Program-made: the position numbers and the translations under genes
Shown: positions 10,072-18,883 of the stretch, one piece after another
How positions within the stretch are numbered: the stretch's first letter is position 1
Layout: each line of letters begins with the position of its first letter
IMG/VR virus record: IMGVR_UViG_3300045146_000572
Span: 1-53,664 of that record
Origin: a virus
Taxonomy: Duplodnaviria > Caudoviricetes
Length of the DNA stretch: 53,664 bases
Strand: one strand, 5' to 3'
Notes under the pieces: model-generated
Told to the model about the DNA's origin: nothing
Seen by the model: only the letters and a program-made list of their open reading frames with translations
The model's database searches: none

Positions 10072-10100
10072 AATTTAATGCATGGTAAATTGCAAGTCAA
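10072..10100 (-). promoter_or_regulatory. Sigma70-type promoter TTGACT-17-TAAATT
   Basis: Directly upstream of the GT9/head genes; transcript may be leaderless. Confidence 0.55.
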
Positions 10101-10180
10101 GAAATATTATGAACGTTTTTAAAGCCCCCCCTCTTAAAGGATGAAAGGAATTTACTGTGGAATGGTTGCCCCACTTTGCC

Positions 10181-10219
10181 TATTGAACGATTAAAGTCCT
10201 GTGAAAGGAATTCGTTCAT
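10181..10219. repeat. Intergenic repeated element copy 1 (TATTGAACG-N12-TGAAAGGAATTCGTTCAT)
   Basis: Second copy at 39254-39291. Confidence 0.7.
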
Positions 10220-10257
10220 TTTAAGCAGTAAACGGAATATTCCCCCCTGGTAGTGAG

Positions 10258-10782
10258 TCAATAAATTTTCCGCATTCTTTCGGCCAGGGTCGTTGCCCTG
10301 GGCTTTGTATCCTCCCTCGCCCACTTGGAGTCCAGCATTGCATCCGCTGCAGCCTTGAAATTCGAATCGTTGACCAGCCGGATAACGTTTTTGAATCCGA
10401 GGACTCCGTACTTACCAAACTTTTCACCGACTCCCATCTGATACGCCATTTCCATAAGAATATCCCATGCATCCTGTGGCCATAGTTGCGGATAATAACC
10501 TGCAGCAACCAATTTCGCCGTGAATTCCTTTTCAAATTCCGTTAAAATATAACGGACAATCAATTCGCTCAAATTTCTGGTGAGATACAGATTTTTAACA
10601 AAGTTCGCAGCAACCTCTTTATTCTCCGCGATTGCCGGCTGGGGGATCAATTTGAATTTAAGCATCGTCGTTATTCTTATTCCGTGACCGATTGTCACCA
10701 GACCATATTGATCCGTATAAGCCATCGGCCTGAAACCTTCATTCCTCAGAATGCTCATCACACATTTTTCAGAGTACGTCAT
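10258..10782 (-). CDS. Endolysin, T4-lysozyme/GH24-like
   Basis: NEGFRPMAYTDQYGLVTIGHG (E-x8-D-x5-T); MAYQMG; AAADAMLDSKWARE..PRA. Confidence 0.9.
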   Translation of the reverse strand: MTYSEKCVMSILRNEGFRPMAYTDQYGLVTIGHGIRITTMLKFKLIPQPAIAENKEVAANFVKNLYLTRNLSELIVRYILTEFEKEFTAKLVAAGYYPQLWPQDAWDILMEMAYQMGVGEKFGKYGVLGFKNVIRLVNDSNFKAAADAMLDSKWAREDTKPRATTLAERMRKIY

Positions 10783-11014
10783 TTTTCCTCCTGCAATTAT
10801 AATGCTTTTTCATTAATCTCGTTAAATGACCTAAAACGCGACTTGCATATATTTTGACGACATTAGGCCTATCGTTCAGGTTATCAGAATAATAAATAAT
10901 ATCCCGCTGCTCTGGAGTCATTTTACAATCAGTTTTATACTTATCTAAAGGACATTTTTTGCAAAAATGATATTTTGCGCATAGAGCGCATTGCCAAAAT
11001 CTATCGGGTGCCAC
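10769..11014 (-). CDS. Cys-rich hypothetical protein
   Basis: CALC..CKKCPL motif common in small phage proteins. Confidence 0.5.
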   Translation of the reverse strand: MAPDRFWQCALCAKYHFCKKCPLDKYKTDCKMTPEQRDIIYYSDNLNDRPNVVKIYASRVLGHLTRLMKKHYNCRRKNDVL

Positions 11015-11086
11015 GATAATCCCTGTCCTCGCGCCATGGCGAAAAAACTTGAGATAAGCCGCTACATAGTCGCGACGTCTTTTTCT

Positions 11087-11323
11087 TCAAAAATAGTTCG
11101 CAGCATTTTTTCCCTCCAATCTTTCAATTTCATTTGCCATCCTGATCAGTTCATCGGCCTGGTTCAAATAACCAATCGCGAGTCGAATATGGTTCTTTAC
11201 CATTTCACTCGGAGTTCGTTTTCCGGTTGCCCAGGAATGCATTGCTATATAACTACAGCCCAGGAATTTTGCAGCCTGCGACATGTTCCCGCACATCTTG
11301 ATTAATTCACGCAGTTCCTTCAT
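11087..11323 (-). CDS. Cro/XRE-like HTH protein
   Basis: MSQAAKFLGCSYIAMHSWATGKRTP helix-turn-helix. Confidence 0.75.
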   Translation of the reverse strand: MKELRELIKMCGNMSQAAKFLGCSYIAMHSWATGKRTPSEMVKNHIRLAIGYLNQADELIRMANEIERLEGKNAANYF

Positions 11324-11505
11324 TTCTTATCTCCCTTCCTTATACTTTTTATTAAAGCGTTTTTGTCGAATACCTGCAGCTTATTCTTATTGCACCATTT
11401 CACAGCTTCATCTTCAGAACCGCACTCGGCATCAGCCTGCGGATGATACTCGCGTTTCTCAATCTTCGCCATTCCATAGGGCAATTTCACAATATACCAT
11501 TTCAT
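11320..11505 (-). CDS. Hypothetical protein
   Basis: ATGA overlaps with both neighbours. Confidence 0.55.
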   Translation of the reverse strand: MKWYIVKLPYGMAKIEKREYHPQADAECGSEDEAVKWCNKNKLQVFDKNALIKSIRKGDKK

Positions 11506-11729
11506 CCTGGTTCCCCCATTCTTGTTTTCAAACTTTCAATAATAACTTCAAATTCAGGCAGTTCATACCAGCGTATATAAAACTCCACCCACCTCATAGT
11601 TTCCTTTACCCCATCGTCCCATTCATCAGTTCTTTTTATGCCATAGCTGGTAAGGACTGATTTCAACTTTGCAATTTCCATATTGACGGCCTCTATGAAA
11701 ATTTTTTGCTTTGCACTTAACTCGCTCAC
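11502..11729 (-). CDS. Hypothetical protein
   Basis: Coupled ORF in operon. Confidence 0.55.
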   Translation of the reverse strand: MSELSAKQKIFIEAVNMEIAKLKSVLTSYGIKRTDEWDDGVKETMRWVEFYIRWYELPEFEVIIESLKTRMGEPG

Positions 11730-11881
11730 CGCACCCTCCCCTCCTCAATTTCAAAGAATGTATCGGTGACCGTGCGAACGTTATCGTAGACCCATTTCCA
11801 AATGCAGCGTCCGCCCTGGTTAAGGAATGCGGAGTCGTCCAGCCTTTTTACCTTGCCCAAAAAATATCCGAAATTCATCAT
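11726..11881 (-). CDS. Hypothetical protein (51 aa, not in ORF track)
   Basis: MMNFGYFLGKVKRLDD...EEGRVR fills the gap; GGAGG RBS. Confidence 0.5.
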   Translation of the reverse strand: MMNFGYFLGKVKRLDDSAFLNQGGRCIWKWVYDNVRTVTDTFFEIEEGRVR

Positions 11882-11883
11882 CG

Positions 11884-12249
11884 TTATTTCCTCCCCACTA
11901 AAGGCATCAAAAACCGTTTCACAAGTTCACGCTGGGCTTTAAGCACCGTCACCCTGGTCGCGTCCTCAATATCAACTCTGTACATATAACGTTCATGCAT
12001 CGCTTCGTCTATAACGTCATTAATGATCTGAGTTATCTTTACGGCCATGAGTTCCTCTTGCAATATGCTTATCAGGATTCTGCGTTCTTCGCAACATCTG
12101 ACAAGGTGTTCAGAGTATTTTAAAAATTCGACCCAGTTTATCGCTTTTAAATCTTCCTTTTCCACCAGACTGATTCTTGCGTCAATTTCCGCCTGCACAT
12201 CACGCAGCTTTGATTCAACCGCTTCTTTTATTCCACTATATGTTTTCAT
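11884..12249 (-). CDS. Hypothetical protein
   Basis: AATAAAGGAG RBS. Confidence 0.65.
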   Translation of the reverse strand: MKTYSGIKEAVESKLRDVQAEIDARISLVEKEDLKAINWVEFLKYSEHLVRCCEERRILISILQEELMAVKITQIINDVIDEAMHERYMYRVDIEDATRVTVLKAQRELVKRFLMPLVGRK

Positions 12250-12291
12250 CTCTTTTTCTCCTTTATTGTTAAAATGCCCCCCTGGTTAATT

Positions 12292-12651
12292 TTACCATGC
12301 TAATAAAGCATCCCCATAAATTTCAACAAGGGCTTTCGCTGCCTTGATCTGGATGTGCAAATCGGCTTCGCCTGCATGTTCAACAATTTCATCCTTTAAC
12401 GTTTTTATGACAGATGAGAGGTAGATGTAAAACAAGTCATCGCATAAATTTTTCGTATGTTCCTGCAGCCTTTGCAGTCGTTGAACTATTTCAGAAGCAA
12501 CTCTCAACTCGGTGAAACTTGTTTCCATTATGACCTCGGCCAGCCTGGTGACTTCGCAATTTCCGATTTTCGCCTGGGCGACCGCCAGCTTGTTTAACTG
12601 GTTCATGACGGCCTCATGAATAATTTGGTTTGACCTGGTTCGCATTTGCAT
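12292..12651 (-). CDS. Hypothetical protein
   Basis: AAGGAG RBS; first gene behind a promoter. Confidence 0.65.
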   Translation of the reverse strand: MQMRTRSNQIIHEAVMNQLNKLAVAQAKIGNCEVTRLAEVIMETSFTELRVASEIVQRLQRLQEHTKNLCDDLFYIYLSSVIKTLKDEIVEHAGEADLHIQIKAAKALVEIYGDALLAW

Positions 12652-12705
12652 TTTAGTTCTCCTTATTTTTTTACAGCGTTATTAGTTGCTTATTTCAACT
12701 ATTTA

Positions 12706-12734
12706 AATATATAAAATATTTAATAATTTGTCAA
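12706..12734 (-). promoter_or_regulatory. Sigma70-type promoter TTGACA-17-TATATT
   Basis: Near-consensus boxes with AT-rich upstream region. Confidence 0.8.
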
Positions 12735-12790
12735 GTATTTTTTTTAAAAAATTGAATATTTTTTAAGTTTTTTTAAAATATTTTTTGGAC

Positions 12791-12829
12791 AAAAAAATCC
12801 CCCCTGCAGTTAGGTTGCAGGAGGGATTT
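12791..12829 (-). terminator. Intrinsic terminator
   Basis: AATCCCTCCTGCA/TGCAGGGGGATT hairpin followed by a T run. Confidence 0.75.
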
Positions 12830-12854
12830 CGGTAAAAGAGGCTGACGATGAATT

Positions 12855-12883
12855 AATATAAAAAGCCCTGGTTTCTAATGCAA
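12855..12883 (-). promoter_or_regulatory. Promoter TTGCAT-17-TATATT
   Basis: Same -10 box as the other phage promoters; points into the terminator about 60 nt downstream. Confidence 0.5.
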
Positions 12884-12884
12884 G

Positions 12885-13925
12885 TTATTCCTTGCCATAC
12901 CAGCGTCTCCACGCTTCCAGTTCTTCCTTGCTCATTGCCTGTTCATAAGGTGTCCGCCGATCCCATCGGTCGCGTATTGATTCGCCTTCCAAAATTTCCC
13001 AGGACGGTTCTATGACACATTGGCAATGAGGATGGGTATCGCTCACCGGCCAAGGATTTTCATTAATCAACCATTTGCAGCCGTCAAAGAAACTGCATAG
13101 AGCGCAACAGCCGGCTTGAGAATGCCATACACTGTAGAGGACAACAGCCTTTTTTGTCCACTCCTTGTATGCCTCATTCTGGGCAAGAACCATTTCGCTT
13201 CTTACCAGCCTGTTCCAATATGCCAAGTCGCCCCCCCAGCTTTTGTGGAGCAACTTTGCAGCCTGCATGGGGCTCTTTCTTGTTTTAACCTTGTCCAGCA
13301 GAGTTTTTACCATCCCTCTGTAATTTTCCTTGACGACTTTTTTCCTCATCCTTTTCGCTGCGGTTTTATAGAGCTTTGCAATACGTGGATTGTCCTGCCT
13401 TAAATTTATAACCACCTGGTCGAGGAATGCAGGATCTATCGACTTCGGGAGTTTCTTCTTAAATACCTTTTTATATTTATTGACCGCCATGCCAAAGGAA
13501 TCAACATGAATCGCTTCGGTATAGGGCATCACGTCAGTCATCAAGGTTGCCGATTTCAACGCAGCCGTTCCGGTCATGGTTATGAGGAATTCTTTTATGA
13601 TGCCTTTATACGCTTCCTGCCTTTTGCCGGTGAATTCCCATGAGCCTGTTTCGCCAGGCTCTTCATCTAAAAGATAAGCCTCGCGCACCTGGTCAATGTC
13701 AGGGAGGCCGAGTTCACGCAGAATTTTGATTTCTGTTTTTTCAATAAGCTCCACGGATTCTAAAAAATAGGCATCGGCCATTCTATTGAATTCCGGCCAA
13801 AAGTGTTCAAGAGATGCCTGTTTCTGCGATGAATCTGCCTGCTTTATTTCTCCGTCACATTCCCCCTGGGCATCCGGTTCCTCAAGGGAAAAAATGACGT
13901 CGAGGATTTTTAGACTATGACTCAT
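12885..13925 (-). CDS. Minor head morphogenesis protein (MuF/SPP1 gp7-like)
   Basis: RLVRSEM...CCALC...HPHCQC motif; follows portal. Confidence 0.85.
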   Translation of the reverse strand: MSHSLKILDVIFSLEEPDAQGECDGEIKQADSSQKQASLEHFWPEFNRMADAYFLESVELIEKTEIKILRELGLPDIDQVREAYLLDEEPGETGSWEFTGKRQEAYKGIIKEFLITMTGTAALKSATLMTDVMPYTEAIHVDSFGMAVNKYKKVFKKKLPKSIDPAFLDQVVINLRQDNPRIAKLYKTAAKRMRKKVVKENYRGMVKTLLDKVKTRKSPMQAAKLLHKSWGGDLAYWNRLVRSEMVLAQNEAYKEWTKKAVVLYSVWHSQAGCCALCSFFDGCKWLINENPWPVSDTHPHCQCVIEPSWEILEGESIRDRWDRRTPYEQAMSKEELEAWRRWYGKE

Positions 13926-15327
13926 CAGCGTACCTCTTTAATTGCTGCAGCCGTTTTGCACCCGCAATCTTTTCAGGGACTTTGCTCAGAAGAATCAATT
14001 TTTTGTACTTTGCAATGTTTTTGATGAAAACATCTTTATTCGTTTTTTCACCAAGAACTCCAATGGTTATGAGGGAATCGTAAACATCATTATCGCTGAT
14101 CAGCTGGTTCTGCCATAGGCTGATATATGTTTCAGCAATGGTCGCCAAAGTTTCGGCGTCAAGATTCCTTGTTTCAGCTGATTCTTTTGCATCAGTCCAA
14201 TCAATTTCAGGCCACACGATTTTGAACTTTGCCCCTGTTCTCTTCCTGGACATAAAAAAGTAATACATCAGCCGGTCTGCAATGTTCGTCATCGTTTCTC
14301 GGTACGAATAGATATTCGCCTTTAACGCTTCGGCCTGGTCTGTGCTCATACGATAGTTTGAATTCCAATCGTAAAGAGCGAACCTATACGGAGGCAACAG
14401 GGTCACCGTGATGATGCTTTCAATAAGGAACCGCGATGGGAAGTGGAAGTCGAACATCTGCGTTTTTCCGTCTGCACCAAGAGCCTGGAATTTTATAGAA
14501 TATCCGCCTGGTGAGTAAAGATGCATATCCTTCACCTTGCCCTGGTTGCGTGCCTGGTAGACGTCCTGCAGCCCTGTTTTAATTATTCCGCTCAGAACCT
14601 CAGGGTTCTTATCACCTGGGTTGTCCTTGTCCCCCATCACAATAGAGACGATGGATGGGTCTCCGAACCGCCAGATTGTATTGTACATTGATTCTTGTAG
14701 CATCGTGTACATCTGCGAGACGAATGGGCAACTGTAAAAAATAGAGTATCCAAAAGGGTTTCCATCACGCTGGACGAATGTGCTGTAAAAACACTTGTCG
14801 GGATCAACCACTACGGTCTGCGATGTCTGTGGTTGCTGGTATCCGAGAATGTATTCTTCACCCTCTTTTATGAATCTGATGTTCTCAGGTATTCCATTCG
14901 TCAAATGGTCTCCGGTCGTATTTATTTCGCCTATACCCATGCCCAGGTGCAGGGTTGAGTCAACCATCTGTTTCGTCCAGTTTGAAACTCCATAAGACAA
15001 AAAGTTGACTCTTGCCTTTTTTAAAAATTCATCGCTTAACTTTTGATCAGCATCGGACTCGCACTCAACAGAAAATTGTCCGACCATCATTGAAAGCTGA
15101 ATTACCGCCATGTCCACAAACGGAATGGCCTGGCGTATTGCTCTATAGACGCTCATATCCCAATTGCTTGGAACGTTTGAGGAATAACTTCCATAACGGA
15201 TGGAAACGCTTCCGCTTGCCTTGCCATGCACCTGGCCGGCCGGCAACATGGTTTCCTGATTTTTTATTCTTGTTATTTCAAAGCCTGCAATTCTCATTTT
15301 CTCACCTATCAGCTGTTTCTCCTCCAA
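13915..15327 (-). CDS. Portal protein
   Basis: About 460 aa after TerL; NPFGYSIF motif; likely start near MRIAGFEI. Confidence 0.8.
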   Translation of the reverse strand: MEEKQLIGEKMRIAGFEITRIKNQETMLPAGQVHGKASGSVSIRYGSYSSNVPSNWDMSVYRAIRQAIPFVDMAVIQLSMMVGQFSVECESDADQKLSDEFLKKARVNFLSYGVSNWTKQMVDSTLHLGMGIGEINTTGDHLTNGIPENIRFIKEGEEYILGYQQPQTSQTVVVDPDKCFYSTFVQRDGNPFGYSIFYSCPFVSQMYTMLQESMYNTIWRFGDPSIVSIVMGDKDNPGDKNPEVLSGIIKTGLQDVYQARNQGKVKDMHLYSPGGYSIKFQALGADGKTQMFDFHFPSRFLIESIITVTLLPPYRFALYDWNSNYRMSTDQAEALKANIYSYRETMTNIADRLMYYFFMSRKRTGAKFKIVWPEIDWTDAKESAETRNLDAETLATIAETYISLWQNQLISDNDVYDSLITIGVLGEKTNKDVFIKNIAKYKKLILLSKVPEKIAGAKRLQQLKRYADES

Positions 15328-16597
15328 CGCCGGCGCTTGTTATTTTAAGATGAGGCGCTGCATAACGGAGGGCATCAATCCAGTGATACTTTTCTTTATC
15401 ATCAATTTCTTCTGTCGGCTCACCCTGGTCATCGAGTACTCTGGAATAATCATTTAGTTGCTCCCAGACGTGTGGACAATTCTGCATGATATAAAGTCGG
15501 TCGTTTTTTATTAAAGAATATACATCATTTATGCCCATTTCAACAGTATTATATTTTGGAGGCACAAAGCCGACTCCTTCCTGCCGATATTCATTTCTCC
15601 ATTGCGATTCGCTTTTTGAACCGCCTGCAGTGATGGCGATGATTTCATTTTTCTCAAGTTTTTTCCATTCTGCAACGTGTTCCTTTGCTGTTAAATTTGA
15701 ATGGGTCGCCTCCCGATAAACGTAATAGATCGATTTCCGTTCATCGTCTACCAGTTGTTCAAATAACCATATGGTCATATGGTTCACTGCACCAAAGTCA
15801 ACACCTCTGAATTTTCTGGTGTCTGCAGGCGGATGGAAATATGGAACTCTGTGAGAATCTGAAATGCAGCTGTATATGAGCCCTGCAGGTCGCGTGAAAA
15901 CTGCATTATAAAACATGTCGAATTTCCACGTTGGAAGAATACGCTTTGCCCTCTCATATTCATTTTTTGAGAACGCCGGATTCATCGTACTTGGAAATTG
16001 GATGACATCATAATCGGCGTCACCTGCAGCCCACCGATCATAAGCCTCCGTCTTAAGCCAGCCTATGTTGTAGATGGTTGTCGTCGCGAGGCTTCGCCCC
16101 TGGTGAATTGCGAGGCGCCGTTGTATTGCCTCCCATGCATCCAGCTTAAAAGACTTCTGGCCGGCTTCATCCAGGTGAGCAGCATTTGCGGTCACGCTTT
16201 CAAGTGAGTCTGGATTGTCGGCAGAACTGAAAAAAATGTTCGCCTTTATATCACCGACTCTTATTTCAAGAACTCTGTCACCTTTTTTATAGGTGCCTAT
16301 TTTAAGGACTTTCTCAAAGACATCTTTGTAGGCAGGTGTCACTTTCTTGCTCTGCAAAGGATAATTCGGGGAGACAACCATATAATCCCCGCTCCCCTGT
16401 TGCATTATTTCCCTATTCATCCACCAGGGAGCGAATTCTGTTTTTCCACCCTGGGTTCCGGCAAGGACAAAGATAAATCGTCTTTGACTATTCCACGCTC
16501 TGGCCTGGCCAGGGTGGAGATTTAGAATTGCCCTCCCTTTGCTTTGGTCTATTTTTTCAATTAAGTAAAGACTTGGTTTCATCTTCTTTTCGGACAA
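15302..16597 (-). CDS. terL: Terminase large subunit
   Basis: Walker A AGTQGGKT, Walker B AHLDEA, nuclease GVDFG and HWIDALRYA. Confidence 0.93.
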   Translation of the reverse strand: MSEKKMKPSLYLIEKIDQSKGRAILNLHPGQARAWNSQRRFIFVLAGTQGGKTEFAPWWMNREIMQQGSGDYMVVSPNYPLQSKKVTPAYKDVFEKVLKIGTYKKGDRVLEIRVGDIKANIFFSSADNPDSLESVTANAAHLDEAGQKSFKLDAWEAIQRRLAIHQGRSLATTTIYNIGWLKTEAYDRWAAGDADYDVIQFPSTMNPAFSKNEYERAKRILPTWKFDMFYNAVFTRPAGLIYSCISDSHRVPYFHPPADTRKFRGVDFGAVNHMTIWLFEQLVDDERKSIYYVYREATHSNLTAKEHVAEWKKLEKNEIIAITAGGSKSESQWRNEYRQEGVGFVPPKYNTVEMGINDVYSLIKNDRLYIMQNCPHVWEQLNDYSRVLDDQGEPTEEIDDKEKYHWIDALRYAAPHLKITSAGVGGETADR

Positions 16598-16991
16598 GGA
16601 TTTCCACTATTTTCATCTCTACAGTTTCAGGGTCTATTTTTTGTTTATAAGCGTCCTGCAGTTTGGCCATTTCCCTGAGCGCTGCAATCGCAGAAGAGAA
16701 TTCCCCTGCAGCCCTGGCCATCCGGTAAATTTCCAGGTTTCTATTTAAGAGCATCTCATAAGCAACAGAGTCCTCATGCATTGCAGCCTGCTTTAAATTT
16801 CGGTAACATATGGCAATATAATTTCTGACCTGGCGCCTTGATATTGCAAGGACTTTATTCCGTTCTCGTAAATAATAGGTTTCCAGCAACTGGCGAATCT
16901 GGTCGTCGCTTTCGACCCCGCTGACAATCAGGTCTCTTACAAGTCTTATCCTCATTTCGACTTCTGCTTTTGGTGCCTTTTTTCCTGCCAT
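16557..16991 (-). CDS. terS: Terminase small subunit
   Basis: HTH-like N-terminus, AIAALREMAKL motif, directly upstream of TerL. Confidence 0.7.
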   Translation of the reverse strand: MAGKKAPKAEVEMRIRLVRDLIVSGVESDDQIRQLLETYYLRERNKVLAISRRQVRNYIAICYRNLKQAAMHEDSVAYEMLLNRNLEIYRMARAAGEFSSAIAALREMAKLQDAYKQKIDPETVEMKIVEILVRKEDETKSLLN

Positions 16992-17109
16992 TAAACCACC
17001 TTCAGATTCCCGTTCCAGATGTCATTATAAATTGCTCTCACATCCTTGCTCCCCCTGGTATTGTATTTTGACCTTAATAGAATATCATGGTATTCTCGGA
17101 GCCTGGAAT

Positions 17110-18078
17110 TTATCTGATAGGCTGAATGTTTTCCGTCCACGTATAAGGAGGTCGCATACAAGCGTGAGCAGCTCCGAATTTTCTATATTCTGCAGCGAGG
17201 TCAAAATTTAAAACGTTCTGCAGGTATTGCCATCGGCTTTTCAGCTTCGCAGGTATTCTCCCAGGAACAAAAGCGACTTCATAACTGACTGCGGATGCCC
17301 CAGCTTCTGCAGCCATCTCGATGAGTGTTTTATACGCTCTTGGATATCTTTTCGTCTTGTCGCTTGCCCCTGGCAGCATAGGCCGAAACCGCAGAGACGT
17401 TTTGACTCCGACATCTGACAGGGCTTTCATTGTTTTGATTCTCTGCGTTGCGTTAGGTGCAAGTAAATCAATTTTTTCAATCAAAGAGTCGTCAGGTGTT
17501 ATAATTGAAAATGCGACCCAGAATAATTCCGGCGCCTTTGCAATTCTATCGAGATATTCTTTCAGCTGAAATACTGTTCCTTTGGTGGAAATCCTTGTTG
17601 GCTGACGATATTTTATTGCGATGTCGATGTATTCCAGCAGCCACCCTCGGTGACGTTCGATGTGGTCACACGGATCATTTAACGTGCCAAGTTGAACAGG
17701 GCAAGGGTATCCGTTTTTATTCCGATCGTGATATTTTAAGGCGGTTCTTATCTGATCCCCATATGCACTGGGCTCACCTGCGAATAATCTCTCAATGGTT
17801 TTTAGACTTGTTTCGCCGATGTGGGCTGCAGACGCTTCTCTATGTTGTATGGTGTTATCTGAAAAACAGTATACGCAACCATATGAACAATGGGAAAATG
17901 AATCCATGCTCACCGGCAAAGCGCAATCAAAACCGTCACTTGTAAACCTTATCCCCCCATAAGACCGTGGAGTTAATTTAGCCGATGAGCACCTGGTTCT
18001 TGTATTGCACTTGGCAGGGCATTCCCCGCAGACGTTGACCCTTTTAAATCTTGGTTCACCCTGCATTGACATAAGCAC
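17110..18078 (-). CDS. Radical SAM protein (SPL-like), possibly C-terminally disrupted
   Basis: CSYGCVYC (CxxxCxxC), ISTKG, APNATQRIKTMKALSDVGV, LRFRP motifs. Confidence 0.85.
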   Translation of the reverse strand: MLMSMQGEPRFKRVNVCGECPAKCNTRTRCSSAKLTPRSYGGIRFTSDGFDCALPVSMDSFSHCSYGCVYCFSDNTIQHREASAAHIGETSLKTIERLFAGEPSAYGDQIRTALKYHDRNKNGYPCPVQLGTLNDPCDHIERHRGWLLEYIDIAIKYRQPTRISTKGTVFQLKEYLDRIAKAPELFWVAFSIITPDDSLIEKIDLLAPNATQRIKTMKALSDVGVKTSLRFRPMLPGASDKTKRYPRAYKTLIEMAAEAGASAVSYEVAFVPGRIPAKLKSRWQYLQNVLNFDLAAEYRKFGAAHACMRPPYTWTENIQPIR

Positions 18079-18727
18079 TCACCATTTCATAAAATTTATC
18101 AGAATTCAACTGCTTATCGGCTGCCATGAATGGTGCAAGCATTTCCGACAATTTATTGTATCGATCATCGTCTCCATAATATTCCACATAAAACCAGTTT
18201 CCATTTTTTGCGCTGATGCCTGGTTTATTGTCAGCCACATTCTCAACCAGCCCATCGAATTCCGGTCTGGCAAAGCCTTCACCAACAAAAGGGTTGACGC
18301 TCTCGACCAGACCGGCAAGTATTTCATCATCAACCTTTAAAATGCTTTTCAGCTCTTCAAAAATAGATTCATCCACGTAAGCCATTTCGGTCATTTTGTC
18401 GAAAATCGCCAACATCAGATTCTCTTCATCCTCTGTCAGGTCGACCTGGATATACGGGACATCATCATTATTTTCCAGAGCCTGCATGACCCTCTCATGG
18501 CCGTCAATAAGGTTTCCGGTTCGCACATTTTCAATCACCCCTGTTATCCAGCCGATCTTTTTTAAAGATGCCTGGACAGCGTCACGCTGATTTTCTGGAT
18601 GGCGCCTGAAGTTATGCGGATTGGCCGTAAACTGGTCAGCCGGCTTCACATCGTATTTTACGATTCTGTTTTTGATCAAACTCTTCTTCTTTGTCATTTT
18701 TTGCCCTTTATAGTTTTTCCAGGCCAT
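18056..18727 (-). CDS. ParB/Srx N-terminal domain protein
   Basis: NPHNFRRH...SLKKIGW...NVRTGNLIDGHERV; likely start MTKKK at 18697. Confidence 0.85.
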   Translation of the reverse strand: MAWKNYKGQKMTKKKSLIKNRIVKYDVKPADQFTANPHNFRRHPENQRDAVQASLKKIGWITGVIENVRTGNLIDGHERVMQALENNDDVPYIQVDLTEDEENLMLAIFDKMTEMAYVDESIFEELKSILKVDDEILAGLVESVNPFVGEGFARPEFDGLVENVADNKPGISAKNGNWFYVEYYGDDDRYNKLSEMLAPFMAADKQLNSDKFYEMVSAYVNAG

Positions 18728-18882
18728 TCACCTTTTAAAACAAAAGATGATGGGGAAATTATTCTTTCAAACATTCCTCCGCACCTGCAGTCTGCAGGGG
18801 GAATGGGTATAACCTTTGGGGTCAGTATCGTATCGGTAATAACAGTCCCGCACTTTCTACAGATATATTCGTAAATCGGCAT
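18694..18882 (-). CDS. FmdB-family zinc ribbon protein
   Basis: MPIYEYICRKCG...CRCGG.FERIIS..SFVLKGEW. Confidence 0.85.
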   Translation of the reverse strand: MPIYEYICRKCGTVITDTILTPKVIPIPPADCRCGGMFERIISPSSFVLKGEWPGKTIKGKK

Positions 18883-18883
18883 A

